Assembly: GCA_051439505.1 (NCBI GenBank)
Contig: JBFRWI010000009.1
Location: 1-64,000 of the forward strand
Reading direction: 5' to 3'
Length of the DNA: 64,000 nt
Source of the DNA: Hormoscilla sp.
GTDB taxonomy: Bacteria; Cyanobacteriota; Cyanobacteriia; Cyanobacteriales; Desertifilaceae
Shown: one piece after another, positions 17,770 to 27,238 of the stretch
Numbering within the stretch: position 1 is the stretch's first letter
How the letters are laid out: every line of letters starts with the position of its first letter
Program-made: the position numbers and the translations under genes
Notes under the pieces: generated by a model
Told to the model about the DNA's origin: nothing
Seen by the model: only the letters and a program-made list of their open reading frames with translations
Databases searched by the model: none

Positions 17770-20700
17770 ACTATTATCCATACCAGAGTTTTGGTCGAGG
17801 ACAACGGTGTCAATATCTCCCTGAAGGTCGGGAATCTGAGTACTGAAAGTTGATGTGGCCTGAGCAACATTGGTGCTATAGACAACAGGTTCATCCTCCG
17901 CCATTTCAATGGGGAGGACGGAAGTCTCTTGTTCGTGAGAGTGGGTGAAGGTCGGGGTGCGGGATAAATCTTTGAGGCTTTGAGACCCGATCGCTTGACT
18001 GTAAGCTTGGAATTGGGCACTGGAGAAGAAAGCCCCTTTAGCTTTGGCAAGATTCTTAGTTTTCTCATCCATCTGAGCCTGAAACAGACAGGCATTAGTC
18101 AGATTAGCAGAAGTGATATTGGTGCGGTGGAGATTAGCACCGGTGAGATTAGCCCCTTCCAGATTAGTGCCCGATAAATTAGCACCCGATAGATTCGCAG
18201 CCGTCAGATTAGCCCAAGACAAATTGGTAGCTTTAAGGTTAGCTTCGGTCAAATTAGCCTCAATTAACACCGCCGCCTCCAAATCTGATTGCTGGAGACT
18301 GCCCCCAGCCAGCATAGCTCGATTCAAGTAAGCACCCCGCAGATTAAGATTTTTAAGAGTATGTCGCACTCTCGCCCAAAAAATAGTAGGAGAAAGCACG
18401 GCTGTCCTGCGGGCCAAAACCAACAGCTGGCTGGGATTAAAATTCAACAGACGAGAAGCATTGCTAACATCGAATTGGCCAATGGTCAGTTTGTCCGAAC
18501 CTATAGAGTTGTCGCAGGGAGAAAAGGGAATCTGGGCTTCCCGACCACAGGCGCAAAGCAATACAAACACATTCACTCCCACAGCGGCATCGATTTGGAG
18601 GGCGTTGAGAGGGTTGCCTTGCTCACCGAAGCGATCGCGAGCCGAGTGGGCCATCCCTTCATCCATCCACCGACCGCGACAGTAAGATATATAGAAACTG
18701 TGGAGGCGTGCAAACAGCGTCCGGAAACGGAACTTGCCCCGATCGCGAGCTTCCTCCCGCCACAGACGCTCTGCTATCAGTTCTTCCATCTCCATCGACA
18801 AAATACCATAGCCGAGTAAATTGTAGATTTCTTGGGCAAATACAGCTGGAGAGGAAATCTCAAAGGTGAGTTCCCCATAGGCATCCCGTGCGGTTGAGGT
18901 CAGGGATTTGAGTTTCGTAGCAATTTGCTCGGCACAAAGATATTCTCCCAGATGAGGATGAGAAAACTCTACGCTCAGCCCTTGGGATCTAGAACCCATT
19001 GGCCAGTTCGCCGAAACAGAACGGAAGTAAAAAGCCGGCAGAGGCCCGGTTTGGGTAGCCCAGGCCCGTCCGCTGTGACCGATCTTCAGAGCCGCTACAA
19101 GCATTTGATGACGCAGTTCCTGAGGTGGAGTATCACCGAGTAGATTGGCGATCGCCTCCCGAGACCGTCCCGCATGGCTCAAGCCCGCTTGGACGATTGC
19201 TGTCCGATGAATCGGGGAAGACAACCCCGCAGTCGGTTCTCCCAGCAGCCAGGTTACCAGCCGGTCATAAATTTCAAACTTAACTTGGGGATAGGGCATT
19301 TGCAAAATCCCCTCATCCAGCAAACCATCTCGATGTAATATTCCCAACAGATAGAGCATCAAAGGTTGGTGAACCATTGCCTTGAGTTCTACCCGAGCGG
19401 AGTCGCGGCGAAACATGCCTCCCCTTTTCAAGAAGTCAAAATAAGTTTGGGCAATATTTTTCGTTTGCAGCCTGGACCAATTCTTGAACCACTTTTTCAG
19501 CTGCTCTTGCCCCATGGGCTGAATTTCTATGCGCCGCAAACGGGCCTCTACGAGGGTCTGAAGAGAAGTGCCACCGAACAAATTCCCATTACCTAAGGTC
19601 CCGGTCCGACAGGTAAGCACGATTTTGTGGCGAGGCTTCCCAGTCCGACTCCGATATCGAGACTGAAACCGTAGTAGCTGGTCAAATAAAAGCCAGAGAG
19701 GATCTTCGGCTAAAGGAGAATGGGGCAGTTCTTCGAGTCCATCAAGGATCAATAAGCAGTCAGGAGCAACTGGCGATAGCCAGCCATCGGCACAGGTAAA
19801 GTTGGCTATAGGTAAGGCAGAATCGAGAGTTTGCTCCAGAGTATAACCCAAAGTAGCATGTCGTAACTGCACCAACAACGGCATCCAATCAGGATAAAGC
19901 TCCGAGGCCACTTTCGCTGCCCAGATTTGGCAGAAACTGGTTTTACCGTAACCTGGTGGGGCTTCAATCACGGCGAAGCTATTTCTATCTTGCAGCTGTC
20001 CCTCTAACCACTCCATCAAATCAACAGCCTCATGGGTAGAAGCCTGCAAGCTATCGCTCAAAGCTGCTTTGGGGATGCCCATTGGAGGGACGTATAAATC
20101 TTTCAGGGCAAAGCATTCTTCAAAAAATGCTTCGCTCAAGCCCATAATAAAACTGGCTCGATAGCGTTCCCTATTCAAGTCGATGCTTGGAGTCAGAGAG
20201 TTTTGGTGTACTGGTGAAGAGAGCAAATCATCATTATCGTTAGGGATCAGGGTTTCGCTCAAGCCAGCAGTATTTCCCAGACGGACAAATTTTTGTAGCT
20301 GAGGCAGTCCGATAGAATGCAGGGCGATGCAAGCCAGCAAGTGACCGGACAATCCATGATTCAGCCGTCCGGTCAGCAGTTTCGCTTCCGTCTCCTCAGC
20401 ACCATTGGCCACCAACCAAACCTTCGTCGTCCGGGACAGCCGTTGCACCAGGTCTGAGTTGCCCATTTCCGATAGAGCCTGTTCCGCTTGGGTATCACTC
20501 AAACGTCCGGGACTGATAGTTTTGAGCGACTCTAACAACTCCGAATCCTCAAGGGGTTGCTCCAGCAACCCCCGACCCCGGTGTCTTGAGGGTAGTGCCA
20601 CTAGCTCTCCGGAAAGACCCCGCCGGTTCATCCAGGGTTTGTGAAGTAATTCTTCTTGCTCTAATAGCTGCAGTAAGCCATTAAGATAGGCAATTTGAAA

Positions 20701-20970
20701 GGCAAGCCAGGTGCCTTCATTCCTCTTGAGCGGCTTTTTATGAGATAATTGGCGTAGCAAGGAGCCCGTCAGCTGAGATAAAGGCTGCATCTGAGTTCTA
20801 GCGACTACGAGGGGCAGCGATAAAACTTCTGCTAGCACGCTGATGTCAAATACCGTCAGGCTCTGTCGCTCCATTTCCTGGACGATGCCGAAGGCAACAC
20901 CTCCTGACTGGTCTAGCTGTAGAAGTTCAATCTGGTGTTCTTCCAGCCAATGCCTAATGCTTAAGTTCAT
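17767..20970 (-). CDS. NACHT-type P-loop NTPase with C-terminal pentapeptide repeats
   Basis: APPGYGKTSF Walker A, LLILDGLEEL Walker B, EFSHPHLGEYL, A(N/D)L..ANL pentapeptide array. Confidence 0.88.
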   Translation of the reverse strand: MNLSIRHWLEEHQIELLQLDQSGGVAFGIVQEMERQSLTVFDISVLAEVLSLPLVVARTQMQPLSQLTGSLLRQLSHKKPLKRNEGTWLAFQIAYLNGLLQLLEQEELLHKPWMNRRGLSGELVALPSRHRGRGLLEQPLEDSELLESLKTISPGRLSDTQAEQALSEMGNSDLVQRLSRTTKVWLVANGAEETEAKLLTGRLNHGLSGHLLACIALHSIGLPQLQKFVRLGNTAGLSETLIPNDNDDLLSSPVHQNSLTPSIDLNRERYRASFIMGLSEAFFEECFALKDLYVPPMGIPKAALSDSLQASTHEAVDLMEWLEGQLQDRNSFAVIEAPPGYGKTSFCQIWAAKVASELYPDWMPLLVQLRHATLGYTLEQTLDSALPIANFTCADGWLSPVAPDCLLILDGLEELPHSPLAEDPLWLLFDQLLRFQSRYRSRTGKPRHKIVLTCRTGTLGNGNLFGGTSLQTLVEARLRRIEIQPMGQEQLKKWFKNWSRLQTKNIAQTYFDFLKRGGMFRRDSARVELKAMVHQPLMLYLLGILHRDGLLDEGILQMPYPQVKFEIYDRLVTWLLGEPTAGLSSPIHRTAIVQAGLSHAGRSREAIANLLGDTPPQELRHQMLVAALKIGHSGRAWATQTGPLPAFYFRSVSANWPMGSRSQGLSVEFSHPHLGEYLCAEQIATKLKSLTSTARDAYGELTFEISSPAVFAQEIYNLLGYGILSMEMEELIAERLWREEARDRGKFRFRTLFARLHSFYISYCRGRWMDEGMAHSARDRFGEQGNPLNALQIDAAVGVNVFVLLCACGREAQIPFSPCDNSIGSDKLTIGQFDVSNASRLLNFNPSQLLVLARRTAVLSPTIFWARVRHTLKNLNLRGAYLNRAMLAGGSLQQSDLEAAVLIEANLTEANLKATNLSWANLTAANLSGANLSGTNLEGANLTGANLHRTNITSANLTNACLFQAQMDEKTKNLAKAKGAFFSSAQFQAYSQAIGSQSLKDLSRTPTFTHSHEQETSVLPIEMAEDEPVVYSTNVAQATSTFSTQIPDLQGDIDTVVLDQNSGMDNS

Positions 20971-21381
20971 CCGAGTTTTTCCGCAACACCGAAACCGAAG
21001 TTAGCTGATTATCTGTCCTAATTGCTGGCGGATGGGCCGCCTAGTCGGGGGATTCATCCGTAATACATCCGATTGTCACGATCATATAGGTTCAAGGGCG
21101 AGGGGTGAAACCCCTCATGAGGAATTTGTTCTTTGAGATTGTCGGACTAGCCAAATGCAAGCAAACATGTTACATATATGATACATTTATTGAGGGGACA
21201 AAACTTTTGGCAGCATTGATGTGTTCAATACCTTGGGCTTGCATAGATTTGAAGGATACGGTATAATGGGTAGACTCGACTTGCGGTGAGCGCAGTCGCA
21301 CCGCTGACCGTAACGACAGTCGATGCCTGGGGTGTCCGCTCCCTACTCTCTGCGTGGCCAACGGCCATGGAAAGATCTGTA

Positions 21382-21553
21382 GGCGTTGCACATTTTTACC
21401 GATGATGACAGCCAATTGTTAAAATTTGCTAATAGCTAATGGCTAATTGAAAAGAGTCAATTTATCTATTTATGACCAAAAATGACTATCGCGATTAACC
21501 ATTGACAATTAGCAAGCCCGCAACCCCGATCGTCGGTGTCGTTGTGCAACGCC
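21382..21553 (+). mobile_element. MITE-like element family D
   Basis: Perfect 11-bp TIR GGCGTTGCACA / TGTGCAACGCC; internal similarity to 10964-11159 and 27037-27210. Confidence 0.8.
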
Positions 21554-21898
21554 GATGTTTAAATAGAGCACCCCTCAGCTCGCTGCCGCCCGAGAAACCC
21601 AGTTTCGGCGAAGCAGGGAAATATTTTTGATGTCGGCACATACTACTGGCTCGATCGCTTATACTGTGTCAAGGTCAGGAGCTAAAATTACTGTATTAGT
21701 AAAGAAAATAGTCCAGATGCTCGATGGAATAACAGAATCTGGGACTAGATAAGAGATAAATTTATCGGGATAGACGGATGTCAGGAAGCTTGTAGGAGGA
21801 AAGGAAAAAATCTGAGGGAACAATAAAAATTAACAGCTGCAACAGAGGAAAAAAGGGAAAAATAAAAAACCACCAGATGAAAAAGAAAAGTACAGAAA

Positions 21899-23770
21899 AT
21901 GAATCAAGCCCAGAGTTCAAATAACAATCAATTAACTCCAGGTTGGGGTTGGTCAATATTATGGCTGACTGTGCTCATGGTTTGTGGTGGCACGGTTGTA
22001 TATGCGGTGAGGTTCTTGGCGACGGTACCGCCACTGCCAAACTGCAAGGAAATTTCGACCATGTCGGCGGATGGCGAACGGCTATACTGTGCCCATAAGG
22101 CGGCGAGTTCGGGCTCTTTAGACCAGTTATGGGGAGCAGTAGAGTTGGTGGAAAGTTGGTCGGCGTCTCATCCCCTATACTCGGAGGCGCAAAGGTTAAT
22201 GGGCCAATGGTCGCAAGCAATTCTGGTGCGGGCACGTCAGCAAATGAATATGGGGAATATGTCGTTAGCGGTGGCGACGTTGAGCAAAATTTCGGCAAGT
22301 AGCCCAGTTTATGGGAAGGCTCAAGCATATATCGCTGACTGGCAGTTGTTATGGGAGCGAGGAGAGAAAATTGAAAAAGAGGTGCTCTCGGAGATAGAAG
22401 GGAAAAAATGGCAGTCAGCATTAGATAAGTTGCAATTGTTCTCAAATCTGGATAACCCCTACTGGAAAAGAAAAAAAATGGGGGAGCTGCGCAACATGGT
22501 AGCATCGGAAAAAAAGGCGTGGCAAGATTTGGCAGAGGCGAGGAGAAAGGCGAGGTGGGAAAGGCCAGAAGCACTAGAAGAGGCAATAAATTTGGCCCGG
22601 AGAATTGGGATAAAAAGCTATGCAAGACCAGAGGCGCAGGCGGAAATGGCTCGCTGGAGTCGCCAGTTGATAGATAAAGCTTCAGAAAGGTTGCGGCAGG
22701 GGATGTTTGCCGAGGCGATATCTATAGCAGGGCGAGTGCCTGAAGATACGGCTTTATACAGGGAAGCCCAAGATGTGAGGCAGCTGAGTCGCGCGCAAGA
22801 GTTGGCAGCAAAGGAAAATATAGGGTCATGGTTGGAGGCGCAGAAAATAGCGGGCAAGATCGGTCGAGATAGTCCGCTATACTCTCAAGCACGAGGGAAA
22901 ATGGAAAGCTGGGAGCAGCATGTCCAAGACCAGCTACAAATCCAATTCGCGAATGCGATCGCGTCGGTGGGACAACCGGTGACGTTGGCGATGGCGAGTG
23001 AAGTGGCTCAGATGGTAGAAAAAAACCGACCCCGACGCATTCAAGCCCAGACCAAAATAGCTCACTGGCGTAAGGAAATTCAACGCATTGAAGACCGACC
23101 GTTAATTATGCGTGCCCGCCAGCTGGCTCAAACGGAAACAATTTCCGGCTTGAGGGCGGCAGTGACGGAAGCATCTTTGGTGAAATTGGGACGCCCGCAG
23201 CGGCGCGAGGCTCAAACTTTGATCGCTGAGTGGAACAAGCGTATAGAAGTGATGGAGGATAAACCGCTCCTAGCTCGGGCGAGTTCTTTGGCAGAGCTAG
23301 GTAACCTCTCCGAGGCAATTGAGGTGGCGCAAAAAATTGCTCCCGATCGGGTATTATATTCGGAGGCAATTGAGGCGATCGCGGGTTGGGACGAGGAAAT
23401 AAAAATTGCCGAGGACCGCAAGACTCTGGATGATGGATACTATCTGGCATCTATGGGACGTTACAGTGCGGCGATCCAAACGGCTGCTTCTATTGATTGG
23501 AATAGACCTCTATATTATGAGGCTCAAGATGCGATCGCCCGCTGGAACTCACAACTGGCTGCTCTTTATGCTCCCCCTCCGGAACCGGAACGCCCGACAA
23601 GGTCCTACGAACCGGCTCCAGCCTACGAACCGGCTCCAGCCTATCGGCTGGCACCTCGCTCGGTACAAGCTGAACCTCCAGCTCCATCCTATCAGGCTCC
23701 AGCCCCGAGGCCAGTTTACAACAGACAACCCGTCCGATCGCGGATCGCCGAACCGGAACTAAACTATTAA
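21899..23770 (+). CDS. Membrane-anchored alpha-helical repeat protein (conserved cyanobacterial hypothetical) with a Pro-rich tail
   Basis: N-terminal TM, PPLPNC...RLYCA, repeated AIxxAxxIxxxxPLYxxAQxxIxxW units. Confidence 0.8.
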   Translation: MNQAQSSNNNQLTPGWGWSILWLTVLMVCGGTVVYAVRFLATVPPLPNCKEISTMSADGERLYCAHKAASSGSLDQLWGAVELVESWSASHPLYSEAQRLMGQWSQAILVRARQQMNMGNMSLAVATLSKISASSPVYGKAQAYIADWQLLWERGEKIEKEVLSEIEGKKWQSALDKLQLFSNLDNPYWKRKKMGELRNMVASEKKAWQDLAEARRKARWERPEALEEAINLARRIGIKSYARPEAQAEMARWSRQLIDKASERLRQGMFAEAISIAGRVPEDTALYREAQDVRQLSRAQELAAKENIGSWLEAQKIAGKIGRDSPLYSQARGKMESWEQHVQDQLQIQFANAIASVGQPVTLAMASEVAQMVEKNRPRRIQAQTKIAHWRKEIQRIEDRPLIMRARQLAQTETISGLRAAVTEASLVKLGRPQRREAQTLIAEWNKRIEVMEDKPLLARASSLAELGNLSEAIEVAQKIAPDRVLYSEAIEAIAGWDEEIKIAEDRKTLDDGYYLASMGRYSAAIQTAASIDWNRPLYYEAQDAIARWNSQLAALYAPPPEPERPTRSYEPAPAYEPAPAYRLAPRSVQAEPPAPSYQAPAPRPVYNRQPVRSRIAEPELNY

Positions 23771-23861
23771 GATAGGGATTGGGGAGCGGTAGGCAGTCGC
23801 TGACTACTGGCCGCTAGTATCGGATATCATCGGCAAGGTGCTTGTAAGTTAAGATTGACGA

Positions 23862-25556
23862 ATGAATGATGAGTATTCATGGCAGCTGTTGTTAGTCGAT
23901 CCCGACCCAATTTTCCGACTGGGTCTGCGGACGATATGCCAACAGTTTGACGACCTAGAGGTGGTGGCAGAAGCTGACAGTGGGGCAGTTGCGGAACAGG
24001 TTTTGGCCAGCAGTTCCGAAAGGGTCCGAGTGGACTTGATAATTCTCGATCTGGCATTGGAGATGTCCAATGCCGATCCCCTAGAAATCTGTCAACTGTT
24101 GAAAGCCAGATCCGATCGCTTGCCTGTGTTGCTGCTGACTGCTATACAGGATGCAACGGTGCTGGATCGATCGCGGGCTTTGGGGGTGAATGGTTATTGT
24201 CCTAAAGGGATGGCGGTCCCAGAGTTGGTGCGGGCGATTCGTCTGGTGGCAGCTGGGGAGAATTACTGGGAACTGGCGAGATCCGATGCTACTAAACCTC
24301 TAGGTTTTTGGGATCGCGTGGGCAATAGCTGGCGTTTGTCGGGGTTGCGACAAATTGCGGCCACCAGGGAAAAGGCGATCGCGCAGCTGCAAAACCCGGC
24401 CCTCTCCTCTCTGAGTCGGGCAATTTTGGTAGGTCGCTTGCGAGAACTGCAAAGTGCTAGTTGGTTGCTCAATCAGCTGTTAGCCCCACAGGTTGAGAAT
24501 AAGCTTCCCGTGCCGCTCAGCTCAAATATGAACATGGTTCACGTTGTGGGGTCGGAAATTTCGCGGGAACGCTGGAGTTTGAACTCGCGACAGGCTTTTT
24601 TATTTCGCTCGATGACGAGGAAACTGGGTTGGGACTTGACAAACTTGACGGGGGTGCCCTTAGAAATTGAGATTTTTAGAGAAGAGAAAAAACGGGAACT
24701 GCTATATAATATATTGCGGGAATTAGAAAAGATCTTGAAGGAATTGCATTTTGGCGAGGTAGGAATAAGTCAATTAGAAGCAAAAAAGTCGGAAATTTTG
24801 CATGATTTGTGGTCGGAGTCAACTAGGGAGTTTTTTGGGAAATACTATCGGGTGCAAGTGGGCGATCGCTCTTTGGACATGCTGGCGGTACTGCTGCAAG
24901 ATGCCCCAGTTGTCAGCGCCACAATTCTGAACAAAATTCCCCTGGTGGTGGAGTTATTCGCTCATTTGCTGTACGATCGGCCTTTAATGATTGATAATGC
25001 TCCCTACTCGGCGGGCAGTTCAGAGGCGATCGCCCGCGCGGAAGCGGTGATGGAAAATTTGCTCATTCAGGTGGCGAATGGCGTGGTGCAACCCCTGTTG
25101 AATCATTTTGCAGATGTGAGGGAAGTTAAATCATTGTTTTACGACCAGAAATTGATTTCAAGTCGCGCGATCGAACGATTTAGAAATGATTTGTCTTGGA
25201 AATATCGCTACGAGCAATTTTGGGCGGAACCAAAGGCGATATTTGAAAGCGAGTATAGGCTGTTTGGTTTTGATAGTCGGGGCATTAAAAAAATAACGAT
25301 CTATGCTCCCAGACGCGACGAGTTAGAAAAACTGACGGGCTGGTCCCTGGCGGTGACTTTGGCCCTGGAAATAAGGGATGCGATCGGGCCTCGGTTGCGA
25401 TCGGTGATTGCTTCGGTGGGTAGCAGCATTGTCTACATTCTGACTCAAATAGTTGGTAGAGGTATTGGTTTAATTGGTCGCGGCATCCTCCAAGGAATCG
25501 GTAATTCTTGGTCGGAAAATCAGCTCGATCGAAAGGGCGAACGACGGCAAAAATGA
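23862..25556 (+). CDS. Receiver domain + DUF3685 (Ycf55-like) protein
   Basis: LLLVDPDPIFRLGL...LIILD...YCPK receiver; C-terminal ERFRNDLSW...PKAIFES...LEIRDAIGP...GRGIGLIGRGILQG. Confidence 0.88.
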   Translation: MNDEYSWQLLLVDPDPIFRLGLRTICQQFDDLEVVAEADSGAVAEQVLASSSERVRVDLIILDLALEMSNADPLEICQLLKARSDRLPVLLLTAIQDATVLDRSRALGVNGYCPKGMAVPELVRAIRLVAAGENYWELARSDATKPLGFWDRVGNSWRLSGLRQIAATREKAIAQLQNPALSSLSRAILVGRLRELQSASWLLNQLLAPQVENKLPVPLSSNMNMVHVVGSEISRERWSLNSRQAFLFRSMTRKLGWDLTNLTGVPLEIEIFREEKKRELLYNILRELEKILKELHFGEVGISQLEAKKSEILHDLWSESTREFFGKYYRVQVGDRSLDMLAVLLQDAPVVSATILNKIPLVVELFAHLLYDRPLMIDNAPYSAGSSEAIARAEAVMENLLIQVANGVVQPLLNHFADVREVKSLFYDQKLISSRAIERFRNDLSWKYRYEQFWAEPKAIFESEYRLFGFDSRGIKKITIYAPRRDELEKLTGWSLAVTLALEIRDAIGPRLRSVIASVGSSIVYILTQIVGRGIGLIGRGILQGIGNSWSENQLDRKGERRQK

Positions 25557-25568
25557 GATAAAAATTGA

Positions 25569-25820
25569 GGCTTTGCACATCTTTACCGATGATGGCTAAT
25601 GGTTAATAGACAGAAAACGGTATCAATAGGCATATATGACGGGAGCATTGAGATGCATTTTTGCATTAAACTCTGCGAATTACGAATGGAGAAAGGAGAA
25701 TAGCCCAATTTTCAATTTTCAATTTTAGATTCTCGATTTGCCAAACACCAGATGCACCCTATATGACTGGCAATCATCACCGAATCAACAATTCCGCTCG
25801 TCCCCTAATTGTGCAACGCC
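25569..25820 (+). mobile_element. MITE-like element family D (divergent, longer)
   Basis: GGCTTTGCACATCTTTACCGATGAT ... TGTGCAACGCC ends. Confidence 0.6.
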
Positions 25821-25832
25821 AAATTAACAAGA

Positions 25833-26231
25833 TTAGGGAGAATTTTTGAGGATGGCGAGGGCCCGATCGAAGGGAAATTCCCTGGCCCGAGTTTGCATAA
25901 TTGCTTGCACAATGTCGAGAAAATTACAGTCAACATTGTTGTCGGCGTGGATAATTTTGCTAGCAGGATGTTTAGATGGGGTTGTGTGATTTTCAAAAGT
26001 AAAACCGGTTTCTAGTCCGGGTTGGTGTTGATGCCAGGTAAGACATTGACCTCGCAAGGTAAACTGAAACCAGATAACTTCATTGTCGAGCAAATCAAAA
26101 AATACGTCAAAATAAGGCTCTTCCCCTTGATACCAAATTCGCTCGCTCTGATTGGACTTGGCAGTTTTTAAGAGTTTGCGATCGATCCGGCGCAGAGTGG
26201 CCCCAAGGGCCCTAATCTCATTTTGATTCAT
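25833..26231 (-). CDS. Conserved cyanobacterial hypothetical protein
   Basis: 132-aa ORF, WYQGEEPYFD...WFQFTLRG...HPASK. Confidence 0.7.
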   Translation of the reverse strand: MNQNEIRALGATLRRIDRKLLKTAKSNQSERIWYQGEEPYFDVFFDLLDNEVIWFQFTLRGQCLTWHQHQPGLETGFTFENHTTPSKHPASKIIHADNNVDCNFLDIVQAIMQTRAREFPFDRALAILKNSP

Positions 26232-26327
26232 GGGTTGTCAGTTGTCAGTTATAAGTTGTAAGTTGTAAGTGGTCAGCTATCAGCGTTATGGTAGCGATCG
26301 CTATTGCGGTTTCAAATCTCAACTATT

Positions 26328-26900
26328 ATGACTGATTGTCGTAAGGGACGTATTTTGGCAGCGATCTGCCTGTTCGTGTTGTCTGTCACCCTGAGCTGGA
26401 TGCCGTTGCTGGGAACGCCACCGGCGCTAGCGGGGATTAATGATGATAAGTTTGATGGCAATATCTTTGCTCTCTATGGCGGCAATGGTTCATTGATACC
26501 GCCGAAAGTGACATTGGCGCAGGCCCTGAAGCGGGATAAACCCATCCTGCTGATGTTTTACGTGGAGGACAGTCGCGACTGCAAGCAATATTCGACTGTG
26601 GTTTCCCAACTTCAGGCATCTTATGGGGTGCCCGCAGATTTTATCTTGATCGATGTGGATGCGATCTTGCCCAAATCGACCTATGAACCTACGGAACCGG
26701 GATATTATTATGAAGGCTTGGTGCCTCAAACTCTGATTCTGGATTCCGCTGGTAAGGTGGTTTTTAAGGCTAGCGGCAATATCCCCTTTGAACGGGTGGA
26801 TGATGCCTTCCGAAAGGTGTTTGATTTGTTGCCCCGATCGGAATCGGTCGAGTTAAGGCGGCGACCGGTGAATGAAATTAATGTGGAGTTGACTCAATAA
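26328..26900 (+). CDS. Thylakoid photosystem I accumulation factor (thioredoxin-like fold)
   Basis: DDKFDGNIFALYGGNGSLIPP, FYVEDSRDCKQY, YYEGLVPQT, NEINVEL. Confidence 0.82.
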   Translation: MTDCRKGRILAAICLFVLSVTLSWMPLLGTPPALAGINDDKFDGNIFALYGGNGSLIPPKVTLAQALKRDKPILLMFYVEDSRDCKQYSTVVSQLQASYGVPADFILIDVDAILPKSTYEPTEPGYYYEGLVPQTLILDSAGKVVFKASGNIPFERVDDAFRKVFDLLPRSESVELRRRPVNEINVELTQ

Positions 26901-27036
26901 CTGGGACGTTGCATAATTATGGGGAGATTTGTCAAGGCGATCGTCCCATAATTGTGCAATCGGCCCCGGCTCGTCTCTTTGGATAACCAACAACTCCTCC
27001 ATGCTGAAGGAGAACCTGCCATTTTGCCGATGGTTT

Positions 27037-27210
27037 CAGCGTCTACATCCGATGATAAGGGGTTGCTAATTGCTAATGTTAAATGATTGCTCTCTCTAGT
27101 CATTAGTAGTCCTGAATAGATGGATTTACTCTTGGCAATTAGCAATTAACAATTAGCAATTAGCAATTTTAAACAATTGGCTGCTATCATCGGTAAAAAT
27201 GTGCAACGCC
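27037..27210 (-). mobile_element. MITE-like element family D (reverse orientation, one end degenerate)
   Basis: Reverse complement begins GGCGTTGCACATTTTTACCGATGAT as in 21382; a short related palindrome lies at 26905-26960. Confidence 0.65.
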
Positions 27211-27238
27211 TTAATGTTAAATTTTCCTGCTGTTAAAA

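Noticed and set aside
21000..21370. Possible ncRNA or tRNA in the long intergenic region
   Set aside because: Only short hairpins (e.g. GAGGGGTGAAACCCCTC) resembling dispersed repeats; no cloverleaf or known RNA motif
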